The notes under the pieces were generated by a model. It searched no databases, was not told the origin of the DNA, and was given only the letters and a program-made list of their open reading frames with translations. Position numbers and translations under genes: made by a program. Source: a virus (taxonomy: Duplodnaviria > Caudoviricetes). From it: 25,814 nucleotides of DNA. Below are positions 8,901-17,401 of this stretch, one piece after another (the first letter of the stretch is position 1; every line of letters begins with the position of its first letter). The stretch spans positions 1-25,814 of IMG/VR virus record IMGVR_UViG_3300008116_000247; one strand, 5' to 3'.

Positions 8901-11900
8901 CTGAAGAAATGTCACGACTAGCTCCTGGAAGATTTAGAGGAAGTAGATCCTCTTATAGAGTTAGAGGAACTGCTGGTGTTTATTTAAATGCAGTCACAGA
9001 CCCAGCAATTATTGCTAAGTATCCTTATCTAAGCACAGATGGAAGAACAATTAGTGTTGAGACTTTGAATGCCAGAATGGCTGCAGGAGGACTACATCAC
9101 GAAGTTTATGAAGCTGCGATGGCAGCATCAAGAAGCCAATATGCTGGCTCGTCAGATCAATTATTAAGATCGCTAGCACAAAATGGAATTATTACTGAAA
9201 GCGAAGCTAGCACAATTTCTCGTGATATTGATTCTCAGTTTAGAAGAAGTATACGTAGTCAAGTTGGAGTAAGAGATGCCAACAATAGATATTGGTCAAT
9301 ATCAAATAGAGTTATAAATAGAGCATTAGCTAATAACAGTAGAGCACTTGGATTCTGGAATGAATTTTCTAGCCAACCAGCATACATAGTGTCAGAGTCA
9401 TTGCGTTCAAGCGGAGAACCAATGAGAAGCCCAAGCATGGAATTGAGAAGACTAACGCATAATGGAGAGTCAATAAGCATACCTCCTCTTAGAGGCAGAA
9501 GAGGCGAATCATTTTTTGCACATTCAAAAACACCTACTCCATTACTAAATAGATTAATGAATGCTGGAATTACAACTCTTGGCCGCAGAGCCCTGCCATT
9601 CAGATTTACCAGAAGAAATTCTGGTGGAATAATTGGAATGAACCGTGGCGGAATGGTTCCTGGATATCAAGAAGGCGGGCAAGTAGATTGGTCAAGAACT
9701 CCTTTCGGCAGAGGATTTGGTCCATCATTCGCATTACCTGAAGAAACAACACAATCAGTAGCACCTCGTCAAAGATCTTTTGGAATGGGATCAATGCTTG
9801 GAACCTCCCTACTTTCTATGGGAGGATTTTCTGCAGGATCTGCATTAGGCTCTAGATTTGGACAAACAGGATCAATGGTTGGTGGAATGCTTGGAAGCAT
9901 GCTTGTTCCATCATTGATGGGTGGACTTGGAGGAATGGGACGAGGAGCGGATCCTCAGGTCTATTCAGAAAAATTAAATAAATCTGTAATGGCACAAAAA
10001 CAATGGGCTCAGTCAGCTGCTGCAGCGGCAGGACAAGGAAAAGCTTGGGGAAGAATTTTAACTGGCCTAATTGGTGGATTAACTAAAACAAACTTAATTA
10101 TTGGCGGAGTTACTCTTGCAATAACTGGAGCTGTTAAAGTATGGCAAAATTACAATGAAACTCAAAGACTAAGTGCTGCTGCATTTGGTATGACAGCAGA
10201 TTCTGCACAAAAAGCAGGACTTAAATTTACGGATTACGGACAAAAAATTAAAGATGCTGTGTTAGCACAAAAGCTTATGATAGATCAGAATAAGCTGACG
10301 TACGACAGCATGCAGTCTGCAGGCACACCATTTAAGATGACTATTGCAGAATATAAGAAGCTTCGCAAAGAAATAAAAGAAACTATGGAGGAGCAGATTA
10401 AGGTTATCAATGCTACCTCAAGGCCAGATGCAGCACGAGTTGCAGCTCAATTAAAAGAGCAATTGATGGCTGCTGGTCTATCTGCAGAAGAAGCTTCCAA
10501 GAGAATTTATACTTTGTTTAATCTTTCAAATAAAGCCAATATGGCCATCAATGTATTAAACACTGCAAAGTTTAGAGAAATTGTTGACGCACAAACAGCA
10601 GCAGCAAGCGCTGTGGATTCATTTAATTATTCTAGAAGTTTTGAAAATACAAAAGATCAAGCGTCAGCATTAAATACAGCTTTAACTGCTCTTAATACAG
10701 GCGTTGAAGATCTATTTACTAAGAGCGAAAAGGCGGCTAAGAAGAAAGGCGAAAACTTTGACGAGACTGCAGCAAGATATGAAGCAGAGCAAAAACAGAT
10801 AGATATAATTTCTAGCAAGGTTAAAAACCAGGAGCAAATAGGTCAAGGCGTTCTTAATAACTTAAAAAAGCAAAATCCAGAAATAGCTAAGTTCCTAACC
10901 TCATCAGATACGGTTGTTAGCATATTCCAAAAGCTAAGACTTGTTGCAATGGGTTTTACTGGAGACTTGTCTAAGTTAAACGCAGAACAAGCAGACCAAG
11001 TTTATAAACTTCAAATAGCAACAGCCAAGGCTGTAGAAACATCTAACAGGGGAGGGCTATTAAAGTCTCAGTATAAGATTCTTGGAGACTTAAAGAGTCG
11101 TAGAGATGCCTTAGAAAAATCTGCTAAGGGACAAAGTGTAAAAGAACAGATTGATATCAAGGAGAGGCTAAAGCTTCTTGATAAGGAAGTTAAAAAGATT
11201 TATGACAAAGCAGATGCCCGAAAGAAAGCTCTACGTGAGGAAGCTCAGGCAGAAGATGTAGCTCTAAGACTTCAGCAACAGAGAGCAGAATATGAGAAGC
11301 GTGTTGCTTCTGGAGACTTTGGCGGCGCAGCTGAATCACAAATTGAAATTCAAAGAACTCTTAATGAGCAGCAACTTGTAATAGCTGAACAGCAAATAGA
11401 CGCTGCTGCAAAGAGACAGGCAAAGCCATTTGAGCGTGAAAGAGAAAGAATACAAAATGCTCAAGAAGACATGGCTAATAAGGCTGCTCTTGCTGCTGAG
11501 AGTCTAGATTCTATAAATAAACAATACACAAAGCAAAAAGAAAAAATTGATAATGTTAATACTTCAATGACATCTTTGCACATGGCCCTTAAGTTAAATG
11601 CTAAAGACATAGAAAAATTTAAAACAACAAAAGAATTTAAGGGATTGGCTGCAGACTTTGTGGACGCTCTAAAGGGTGTAGGCGTTAATATGCCAGAGTA
11701 CAGCTATTCAGGTGGCGGAATGCCAACTAGAACAGATGTTGGGACATTTGCATTAGATCAATTAAATAAATTTGGCGCAGGTATAGATTCTATATTAGCT
11801 CAAAATGATGTTACTGTAACAGCTAATGGAGACATTATAATTGATGGAAAGAAATTAACTGACGGCAAAGATAGTGATCTAAGGTATACAAGAGAAAATC

Positions 11901-12520
11901 CATTGAAGGTTACTAGTGTTCCTGGCGCAAAATCTTATGAAACTCATAAAGAAGGAGATAAGGCTGGAAGATTAACAACTGAAGGTGGCAAAGCATTAAT
12001 TAAAGATAGAAAGCTAATGCCTGGAGAATTTGTTGAGTATAAGGGAGTCTTGTATAGAATAAAGCAGCCACAAGGAAACATGGACCCAAGTTCATGGTCT
12101 ACAGTTGCTCAGAAGGCATCTGGCGGACTACTACGTGGTCCAGGAACTGGAACCTCTGATTCAATAATTGGTATGTATGCAAATGGCGGAATGGTAAGAG
12201 TATCCAATGGCGAATACATCGTAAACGCAAAGACTGTATCTAAATTAGGAGTTCCATTCTTTGACCGTATAAATGGTATGAAAAATGGCGGACTTATGCT
12301 AAACTATGATATACCAAAGTATGGCAGCGGAAACGAATTAATTCAAGCAATGGCGTATCAGCCAGACATGGGCGGAACTGTATATAATGTTGGAAATGTT
12401 ACTATGCAATTCGCAGAAGCGCCAGCAAATGGCAAGCAGCTATTTGAAGAGTTTAAGACTGCTATGGCTTTGGAACAAAGAAAATCTGGTACACAGATTA
12501 ATATGAGCAGGAGATATTAA
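5939..12520 (+). CDS. Tape measure protein (2193 aa, TP901-family core) with internal cargo domain
   Basis: Follows the G/GT chaperone. Ala/Leu/Lys helical composition, TP901-type core (~aa 190-500), hydrophobic segments, and two copies of the GPG..D...GE[FY][VI]VN motif. Confidence 0.93.
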   Translation: MADEKIVTSIVANSDFSNLIADVQRVTTSLFKMQQQFAGANRSLAGQIDATNAMFKETMLKTGQFSSHFVSLTSDVEKFGRNLDGGRLKLKDYFRTYQEHARTSGGLIRDLAKQQVQLQNAVLQPLGRNSQGLMQYNVHIPRGLDLTKNKASLLKQELQIMNKVIQDGGVQLINWGKNTQWAGRQLTVGLTLPLAAFGKAAADAFKVADQELTRLTKVYGDVAGTSAQELGKVREEVSATAKELSAAMGVNFAETIGLAADIAATGKTGNELLGSLKETTRLAVLGEVDRQEAMKATLAVQSAFRQDTDELADSINFLNAVENQTSTTLNDLVEAIPKAGPVIKGLGGSVQDLALYLTAMREGGINASEGANALKSALASLINPTDVAVDKFKGFGIDLLGIVKNNAGDVTATLFALQAALDRLDPLQKQQAIEQLFGKFQFSRLNALFENLGRQGSQTLQVLDLMSASAGELEAVASRELTAVTESASGRFRRALETLKAEMAGIGDDFLNIGTKLINVLGSIIDFAQKLPDPIKKVIAFGGAFTAIIGPVIMLTGVLANFFGYIIKGLGHFKALFKGAEGFKLLTPEIMAARAASEQLGNEFYSDARATDTLRLAIEKLNEDLLLLQQNAVKAKSATESLGKTIVTAAGMPISTMGGPRIVDPSHPLLGGTSRAAAHLNPRNPNDPSSIFGLTMQPIPVNRKIGANPQILMSERLPDVPGLTTIGGVSTGVVAEEHARYAALMGTLGVQSKQEIDALKKIIGLGGQVSKELIDTFDDILPITQQLTANAAKQSAQIVAELKAGKLNVEQARAAIIAVNADLERSMGMQISSYAAARGRTIDLTKAPLIDQPVVDAAGKPNVRGQFRQGIFQDVMSALGKATRTRTMGGPYSIETTKPQGLNAGGQVYMSSGAIVPGPNVNADVVPAMLTPGEFVVNREATAANLPLLQAINGSGSNGPGYNNGSNGSIRSTQYEDMVEPRLTGITPEEMSRLAPGRFRGSRSSYRVRGTAGVYLNAVTDPAIIAKYPYLSTDGRTISVETLNARMAAGGLHHEVYEAAMAASRSQYAGSSDQLLRSLAQNGIITESEASTISRDIDSQFRRSIRSQVGVRDANNRYWSISNRVINRALANNSRALGFWNEFSSQPAYIVSESLRSSGEPMRSPSMELRRLTHNGESISIPPLRGRRGESFFAHSKTPTPLLNRLMNAGITTLGRRALPFRFTRRNSGGIIGMNRGGMVPGYQEGGQVDWSRTPFGRGFGPSFALPEETTQSVAPRQRSFGMGSMLGTSLLSMGGFSAGSALGSRFGQTGSMVGGMLGSMLVPSLMGGLGGMGRGADPQVYSEKLNKSVMAQKQWAQSAAAAAGQGKAWGRILTGLIGGLTKTNLIIGGVTLAITGAVKVWQNYNETQRLSAAAFGMTADSAQKAGLKFTDYGQKIKDAVLAQKLMIDQNKLTYDSMQSAGTPFKMTIAEYKKLRKEIKETMEEQIKVINATSRPDAARVAAQLKEQLMAAGLSAEEASKRIYTLFNLSNKANMAINVLNTAKFREIVDAQTAAASAVDSFNYSRSFENTKDQASALNTALTALNTGVEDLFTKSEKAAKKKGENFDETAARYEAEQKQIDIISSKVKNQEQIGQGVLNNLKKQNPEIAKFLTSSDTVVSIFQKLRLVAMGFTGDLSKLNAEQADQVYKLQIATAKAVETSNRGGLLKSQYKILGDLKSRRDALEKSAKGQSVKEQIDIKERLKLLDKEVKKIYDKADARKKALREEAQAEDVALRLQQQRAEYEKRVASGDFGGAAESQIEIQRTLNEQQLVIAEQQIDAAAKRQAKPFERERERIQNAQEDMANKAALAAESLDSINKQYTKQKEKIDNVNTSMTSLHMALKLNAKDIEKFKTTKEFKGLAADFVDALKGVGVNMPEYSYSGGGMPTRTDVGTFALDQLNKFGAGIDSILAQNDVTVTANGDIIIDGKKLTDGKDSDLRYTRENPLKVTSVPGAKSYETHKEGDKAGRLTTEGGKALIKDRKLMPGEFVEYKGVLYRIKQPQGNMDPSSWSTVAQKASGGLLRGPGTGTSDSIIGMYANGGMVRVSNGEYIVNAKTVSKLGVPFFDRINGMKNGGLMLNYDIPKYGSGNELIQAMAYQPDMGGTVYNVGNVTMQFAEAPANGKQLFEEFKTAMALEQRKSGTQINMSRRY

Positions 12521-12522
12521 TA

Positions 12523-13008
12523 ATGACAAACGGAAATAGAACTACCTATTTACCTAGAGGATCTGCAATTCAGGTATATGCTAGAGACCTTTATGCCAAC
12601 CCTGCCGATACTACAAAAGACTGGATTAAATTAACTGAGCATAATAGAAGCGAAATTTCTATTACCCCAGAAAGAATTGAGCAAACGCAAAGAATGGGCA
12701 ACGGATCTTTGCGTAAATTCTTTGTTGCAGATAAAAAACAATTTAGCGTATCCTGGAGAATGTTGCCAGGAACTAGAGGATATACTGTTGATGGACAATG
12801 GGGAGCTTTAGACCTAATTGAATTCTATAACAGTAGCGAGGGGCAATCAACTTTTGATATTAGACTAAACTTTGCTAAGAATGGCATGAATCAAGAATCA
12901 TCAGGATATGAGCAATACACAGTATCTTGTACTTCTTTTACCGCCACCCTTATTAAACGAGGCGAAGTTCCTTTCTATGATATATCATTCTCAATGGAGG
13001 AAGTATAG
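12523..13008 (+). CDS. Distal tail (Dit-like) minor tail protein
   Basis: First gene after the TMP. IEQTQRMGNGSLRKFFVADKKQFSVSW and terminal YDISFSMEEV are typical of this class. Confidence 0.72.
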   Translation: MTNGNRTTYLPRGSAIQVYARDLYANPADTTKDWIKLTEHNRSEISITPERIEQTQRMGNGSLRKFFVADKKQFSVSWRMLPGTRGYTVDGQWGALDLIEFYNSSEGQSTFDIRLNFAKNGMNQESSGYEQYTVSCTSFTATLIKRGEVPFYDISFSMEEV

Positions 13009-15254
13009 TGATTACAGCTAGTCCTTCCCTTAAAACTTTATTTTACGAATCTAATTCTGTAAAGAGTTCTATTGGATGTACTATAGAATACAACATGAAC
13101 CAAATGTTAGATAACATTTTGGTTTCTACAACAATTACAGACAATGATTACAAGTCTACTATAGAGCCTGTAAGTGGACAAGAAATTAGAATCAACCCGT
13201 TCAGAAAGCTATTTCCAATAGACTCAATTCTAAAACCTAATAGGCCAGTATACCCTGGTGTAAAATATTATATATTGAGAGACTCAGATCATACTGGCCC
13301 TAATGTGTTCTATGATTATAAGACAACACCATATCCATCAAACTCACCAAGAGTATATTATCCAGCAGTTGAAACGGCTTATAAGTATTGGGTGGCACCT
13401 GCTGGAAGCGGAATTAATTTAAATATAACTTATATTATTGCAACAGCTACTGTCAATGAAGCATATTCAACTGGAACAAAAGTTGTATATAAGACAACAG
13501 CAGACCATGGCTTTAAGGTTGGTAATAGAGTAACTATATCAGGAGCAGGGGCATCATCATTAAATTTGACTAACCAGTTGATCACATCTATTCCAGACTC
13601 TAAAACATTTGAAGTCTTGAATACCGTTGCTTCTACGCAGGCTACTGGCTTATCTAAAACAGCGACTCTAGTAAATTCTGCTGGAACTGCGACCCCTACA
13701 AAGCCAGCTCTATCAAATAAGATAATGGTTAAATTTGAAAAGTACCACTCGCTTCCAGCAACATGCACAATGGTAATTACTTATAGTGATAATACAACTG
13801 CATCTCCCTCCGCTTTTTCTGTGCCATCATCTGGCATATTAAATGTATACTACAATGGAACGACTTGGTCATCTAATCCACCATTTAACTCCACACAGCC
13901 AATATCCTATCCAGCACCTAAAGAAATTAAATCAATTGCTATCACAACGCCGTCGGCAGGCAGTGGTGGAATCATAGGAATTATAGAAGTATCCGCAAGA
14001 TGGATAAAGAATATATCCTCAGACCTTGTATCATTTAATATAGAAAAAGAATCCACGTCAAATCCAGAGGACATTCTGCCAGTAGGTAATATTACTGCAA
14101 ATAGCTTGTCTTTAGATTTAGTTAAATATGATCAAAGCAATTTAAAGGTTTTGGCATACAACAGAGATTCAACTTGGACAACTACACCAGTGCCAAATGA
14201 TGTAATTTATTTATATAAGAATGCTGAAATAAAGCCTCATATGAGAGTGTTTCATTCAAACGGATCTGTTGTTGAGGGATCTACGAGATATGACATTGTA
14301 GAGCAAGGAACATTTTACTTAGATTCATTTAATATATCTCAGTTCGGTGATGTATCAATAGATGCACTTGATGGCGCAAAGTACTTAATGGAAACAGTGT
14401 GCCCAGATCTAGTTTATGAGCTAACCCCAGTAACATCTATTTTAATGAGCTTGTTGGATTCAATAGGATTTACAAATTACAATATGAATGTTTTGTTAAA
14501 CAATTCAAATGTTTTAATAGATAAATCCATTCCAGTATTGACCACATGGTGGACGGAAGACTCAAAGACAGTCTGGGAAGCTGTCCAAGAGCTATGTAGA
14601 GATATTCAAATGAATGCTTTCTTTGACGAAAATAATATTCTTCAATTCTATACAAGAGACAAGATATACTCAGACCAAACTGTAGACTGGGAATTTTATT
14701 ACAATAAGACTGGAAACAAGCTTCCTAATATAGTTACATTTAACAAAAAAGAAATAATGTCTGCAAACCAAGTTAAGATATTATGGAAAGTTCCAAAGAG
14801 CTCTCTATACACACAAAGCGCAAGCGACCTGTGGTCGTCAGACCCATCATTTTTAATTGCGGCAGGCTTAAGATATGACATAGAATCCACAACACCAGCA
14901 GAGCTAGTTAATTTTCATTTAGACATTGATAGCATGGATCCATATGTAAAGTTTGAAACATCATTTAGTTACAATGGATACTTTTTGATAAATTCTGAAA
15001 TTTTTGAATATGATGCAATTGAGTTTGAATACGAGCCTTTAAATTCAACAACAAAGATACCTGTATTTGTAGCTAATCAAGGAGAGTGGGCACAGTACAG
15101 ATCTTTATCTAAAGTAGGCTCTGAATCATTTAAGCCAACTGGTAAATTTAGAATTAAACGTAGAGGGGTATTTCAGACAGAAAAAAGAACTCATAAAGCT
15201 ACCTCAATAGATAATACTATATGGAGTCAAATTGTAGAGGATGAGTGGAACTAA
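13008..15254 (+). CDS. Minor tail protein, N-terminal part of baseplate hub (Tal/gp27-like) with inserted beta-barrel domain
   Basis: LPVGNITANSLSLDL, QGTFYLDSFNI..VSIDALDGAKYL and TVWEAVQELCRDIQMNAFFDENNILQF are hub-type motifs. TAGTG overlap start. Confidence 0.75.
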   Translation: MITASPSLKTLFYESNSVKSSIGCTIEYNMNQMLDNILVSTTITDNDYKSTIEPVSGQEIRINPFRKLFPIDSILKPNRPVYPGVKYYILRDSDHTGPNVFYDYKTTPYPSNSPRVYYPAVETAYKYWVAPAGSGINLNITYIIATATVNEAYSTGTKVVYKTTADHGFKVGNRVTISGAGASSLNLTNQLITSIPDSKTFEVLNTVASTQATGLSKTATLVNSAGTATPTKPALSNKIMVKFEKYHSLPATCTMVITYSDNTTASPSAFSVPSSGILNVYYNGTTWSSNPPFNSTQPISYPAPKEIKSIAITTPSAGSGGIIGIIEVSARWIKNISSDLVSFNIEKESTSNPEDILPVGNITANSLSLDLVKYDQSNLKVLAYNRDSTWTTTPVPNDVIYLYKNAEIKPHMRVFHSNGSVVEGSTRYDIVEQGTFYLDSFNISQFGDVSIDALDGAKYLMETVCPDLVYELTPVTSILMSLLDSIGFTNYNMNVLLNNSNVLIDKSIPVLTTWWTEDSKTVWEAVQELCRDIQMNAFFDENNILQFYTRDKIYSDQTVDWEFYYNKTGNKLPNIVTFNKKEIMSANQVKILWKVPKSSLYTQSASDLWSSDPSFLIAAGLRYDIESTTPAELVNFHLDIDSMDPYVKFETSFSYNGYFLINSEIFEYDAIEFEYEPLNSTTKIPVFVANQGEWAQYRSLSKVGSESFKPTGKFRIKRRGVFQTEKRTHKATSIDNTIWSQIVEDEWN

Positions 15255-16960
15255 TGGCAGAATTAGAAACATTAGAAGCAACAGGAACTCCTAATTTAAA
15301 TATAAATCAGTTGTTTGCTCCTGAGGTTCAAAAGGCTTCATCCACATCAATTTTTGTTAACATGATTACTCTAGGAATGACTGGTGCAAATAGTATAACT
15401 ACTTATAGAGTTACACATCAAAGAATGGTAAACAAGTTAACATCTGCAGGTATTCCTCAAATAGTTAATTCTTCAACAAACCCAGTTACAATAACTGGAC
15501 TAGTTCCAGACGCATTGTATAAAGTAACAACTCAAGCAATTAGTTCAACTGGCGAAGGAAATAGAATGACTGTCTACTATAGACTAGCGTCATCCATAAA
15601 GCCAGTAACTAAAATTGGAACACCTAAAGCAATTGGAGTTTCAAAAGATCAAAAGTCATTTTTAAAGATAACTGGCGGGGCAAAGACAGACAATAAGTAT
15701 ACTTTTGCTTTTAGAAATTTTGATTCAATTCAACTGCCAACATATACTACAGACACAATAGGAGAAGGAGCTTTCGCAAGACAAGCTAAAAATTATAGTG
15801 TAGGATATTATTCATTTGGCACCATGGTATTAATGCCTTCATTGGTAACTGGGTACGAAGCTCAAGGGGCTGGCATAGGATTTTTTATGAACGAGGCCAG
15901 GGACTCTGGATATTTTATAACCATAGATACAGTAGGCACCTCAGCAAATTTAAATAGTAAGCCAGTAAAAATATTTAAGCTAAAAAATAAACAAATAAAA
16001 CAATTGCAAAATTCTCAAAAAGGAAATGCAGCAACTCTAGACTCTATCTTTGGAGGCAGGACATACAATATTGATGTTCGTGTAAAGATTCAAGGCTATA
16101 CATTAACAATAATAGCTTATATAAATGGATTTAAAATAACTGCAACCGACACAACTGGAGCAGCATCCAATAATCAGATACTTGATCCATCTAAAACAAT
16201 CTCATTGGTCGGTACGTCTGGAGTCAGCATGTTCGATTACGTATATGCAGACACTATTACGGCAACACAATACGACAGTGCTAATTCATTGAATTTTTAT
16301 AAAGGTCAGTTTACAAAAGATTTTATAGAAATAGCATACGGAGATATGATATATAATGCTAGCACAGAAGATACGGGCAATGACTCTATAGATGAAAAGA
16401 AAGAATCTTTTGATGAATTTGGAACAGTAGTTAGAGAGATTGCTAGAAGAAAAATTAAACTGCCAGCAAGACCATCAGTTCCTGTTGGATGGACAACAGG
16501 TGGAAATAACTTGGCACAAATAATGTCCCAATCTTATAATAGTTTTACTGGAGAAGTTATGGTTCTTAATAACAGCTCCATTACAGTTCCGCTTTCAGAC
16601 AAACAGGCAAATGATTTATCTATATTTGGTTACGACATAGGTTTTTCAGGAGACATAGAATATTCAACAGACCCAGTATCTGAAAACTCTTCAAGGGAAC
16701 CAGTAATTTTTGAATCACAATGGCTACAATCTGAAAATGATGTAAAGAAGCTGGCGGAATGGATCCAAAGCAAGGCTGTAAATAAATCTAATATTGTAGA
16801 GATGGAAGTGTTTGGAAACCCATTAATATCCGTAGGAGATATAATTACAGTAGATTACGCTTATCAAGGATTTACTTCTGACCAAAAAATTATAGTAGTC
16901 AAAGTATCTCATAGTTTTGAAGGGGGGCTATCTACTAGAATAGTAGGCAGGACGCTTTAG
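15254..16960 (+). CDS. Minor tail protein: FN3 + lectin-like domain + C-terminal part of baseplate hub (568 aa)
   Basis: ATG in a TAATG overlap at 15254. YRVT..VTITGLVPDALYKVTTQAISSTGEG is FN3-like. The C-terminus SQWLQS...EVFGNPLISVGDIITVDY..VKVSHSF is hub-like. Confidence 0.72.
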   Translation: MAELETLEATGTPNLNINQLFAPEVQKASSTSIFVNMITLGMTGANSITTYRVTHQRMVNKLTSAGIPQIVNSSTNPVTITGLVPDALYKVTTQAISSTGEGNRMTVYYRLASSIKPVTKIGTPKAIGVSKDQKSFLKITGGAKTDNKYTFAFRNFDSIQLPTYTTDTIGEGAFARQAKNYSVGYYSFGTMVLMPSLVTGYEAQGAGIGFFMNEARDSGYFITIDTVGTSANLNSKPVKIFKLKNKQIKQLQNSQKGNAATLDSIFGGRTYNIDVRVKIQGYTLTIIAYINGFKITATDTTGAASNNQILDPSKTISLVGTSGVSMFDYVYADTITATQYDSANSLNFYKGQFTKDFIEIAYGDMIYNASTEDTGNDSIDEKKESFDEFGTVVREIARRKIKLPARPSVPVGWTTGGNNLAQIMSQSYNSFTGEVMVLNNSSITVPLSDKQANDLSIFGYDIGFSGDIEYSTDPVSENSSREPVIFESQWLQSENDVKKLAEWIQSKAVNKSNIVEMEVFGNPLISVGDIITVDYAYQGFTSDQKIIVVKVSHSFEGGLSTRIVGRTL

Positions 16961-16969
16961 CCTCTATAA

Positions 16970-16978
16970 TGGTATAAT
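16970..16978 (+). promoter_or_regulatory. Extended -10 promoter (TGgTATAAT), probably leaderless
   Basis: TG-G-TATAAT ends 6 nt before ATG 16985. A second TATAAT is at 16965-16970. No Shine-Dalgarno is present. Confidence 0.68.
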
Positions 16979-16984
16979 AAAAAA

Positions 16985-17401
16985 ATGATGAAAAAGATCC
17001 CTGACGCCAATATTGTAAAAGGCTCTAAAAGAGTATTGCCTGCTGGGCACCCGCTTCTTGCTCTCTACGATCCATCGGAAGTCATTATTGTTGGCCAGGT
17101 TTCTGAATACGATCTTAATTATAAAAGCTTTCCAATAGGTACAGGAGCAGGCGGATTTAATGGTGGAAATTTAAGAGACGGCAAAGATGACGAAAAAGAT
17201 AAAAAGAAAGAAGAAGAAGAGGCAAAAGAAAAGCCAGACGTCCCACAACTTTCAGATATAGAAAATATTGAATATGTAAAATATTTTGACTCTGTAACAA
17301 AGGTTGAAAAAGTTAAAGCAATAATTAAAATTAGAAATTCTAGTATAAATAAAAATAAAATATCTGGTGTAGATGCTAGAATCGCACCGTTGGGAGCATA
17401 A
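16985..17401 (+). CDS. Hypothetical tail-region protein with Gly-rich and K/E/D-rich linker
   Basis: 138-aa ORF filling the gap, coupled by TAATG to the next gene. No family recognised. Confidence 0.6.
   Translation: MMKKIPDANIVKGSKRVLPAGHPLLALYDPSEVIIVGQVSEYDLNYKSFPIGTGAGGFNGGNLRDGKDDEKDKKKEEEEAKEKPDVPQLSDIENIEYVKYFDSVTKVEKVKAIIKIRNSSINKNKISGVDARIAPLGA

Noticed and set aside
8843-9616. Intein or homing endonuclease in the TMP
   Set aside because: No C/S..HN-C/S/T splice junctions and no LAGLIDADG or HNH motifs were seen.
15240-15256. Programmed frameshift joining the two hub genes
   Set aside because: Only ~10 nt of overlap is available, with an in-frame TGA just upstream and no slippery heptamer. 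TAATG coupling explains the junction.
17180-17235. Purine-rich low-complexity tract as a non-coding element
   Set aside because: It is explained by the in-frame DGKDDEKDKKKEEEEAKEK linker.
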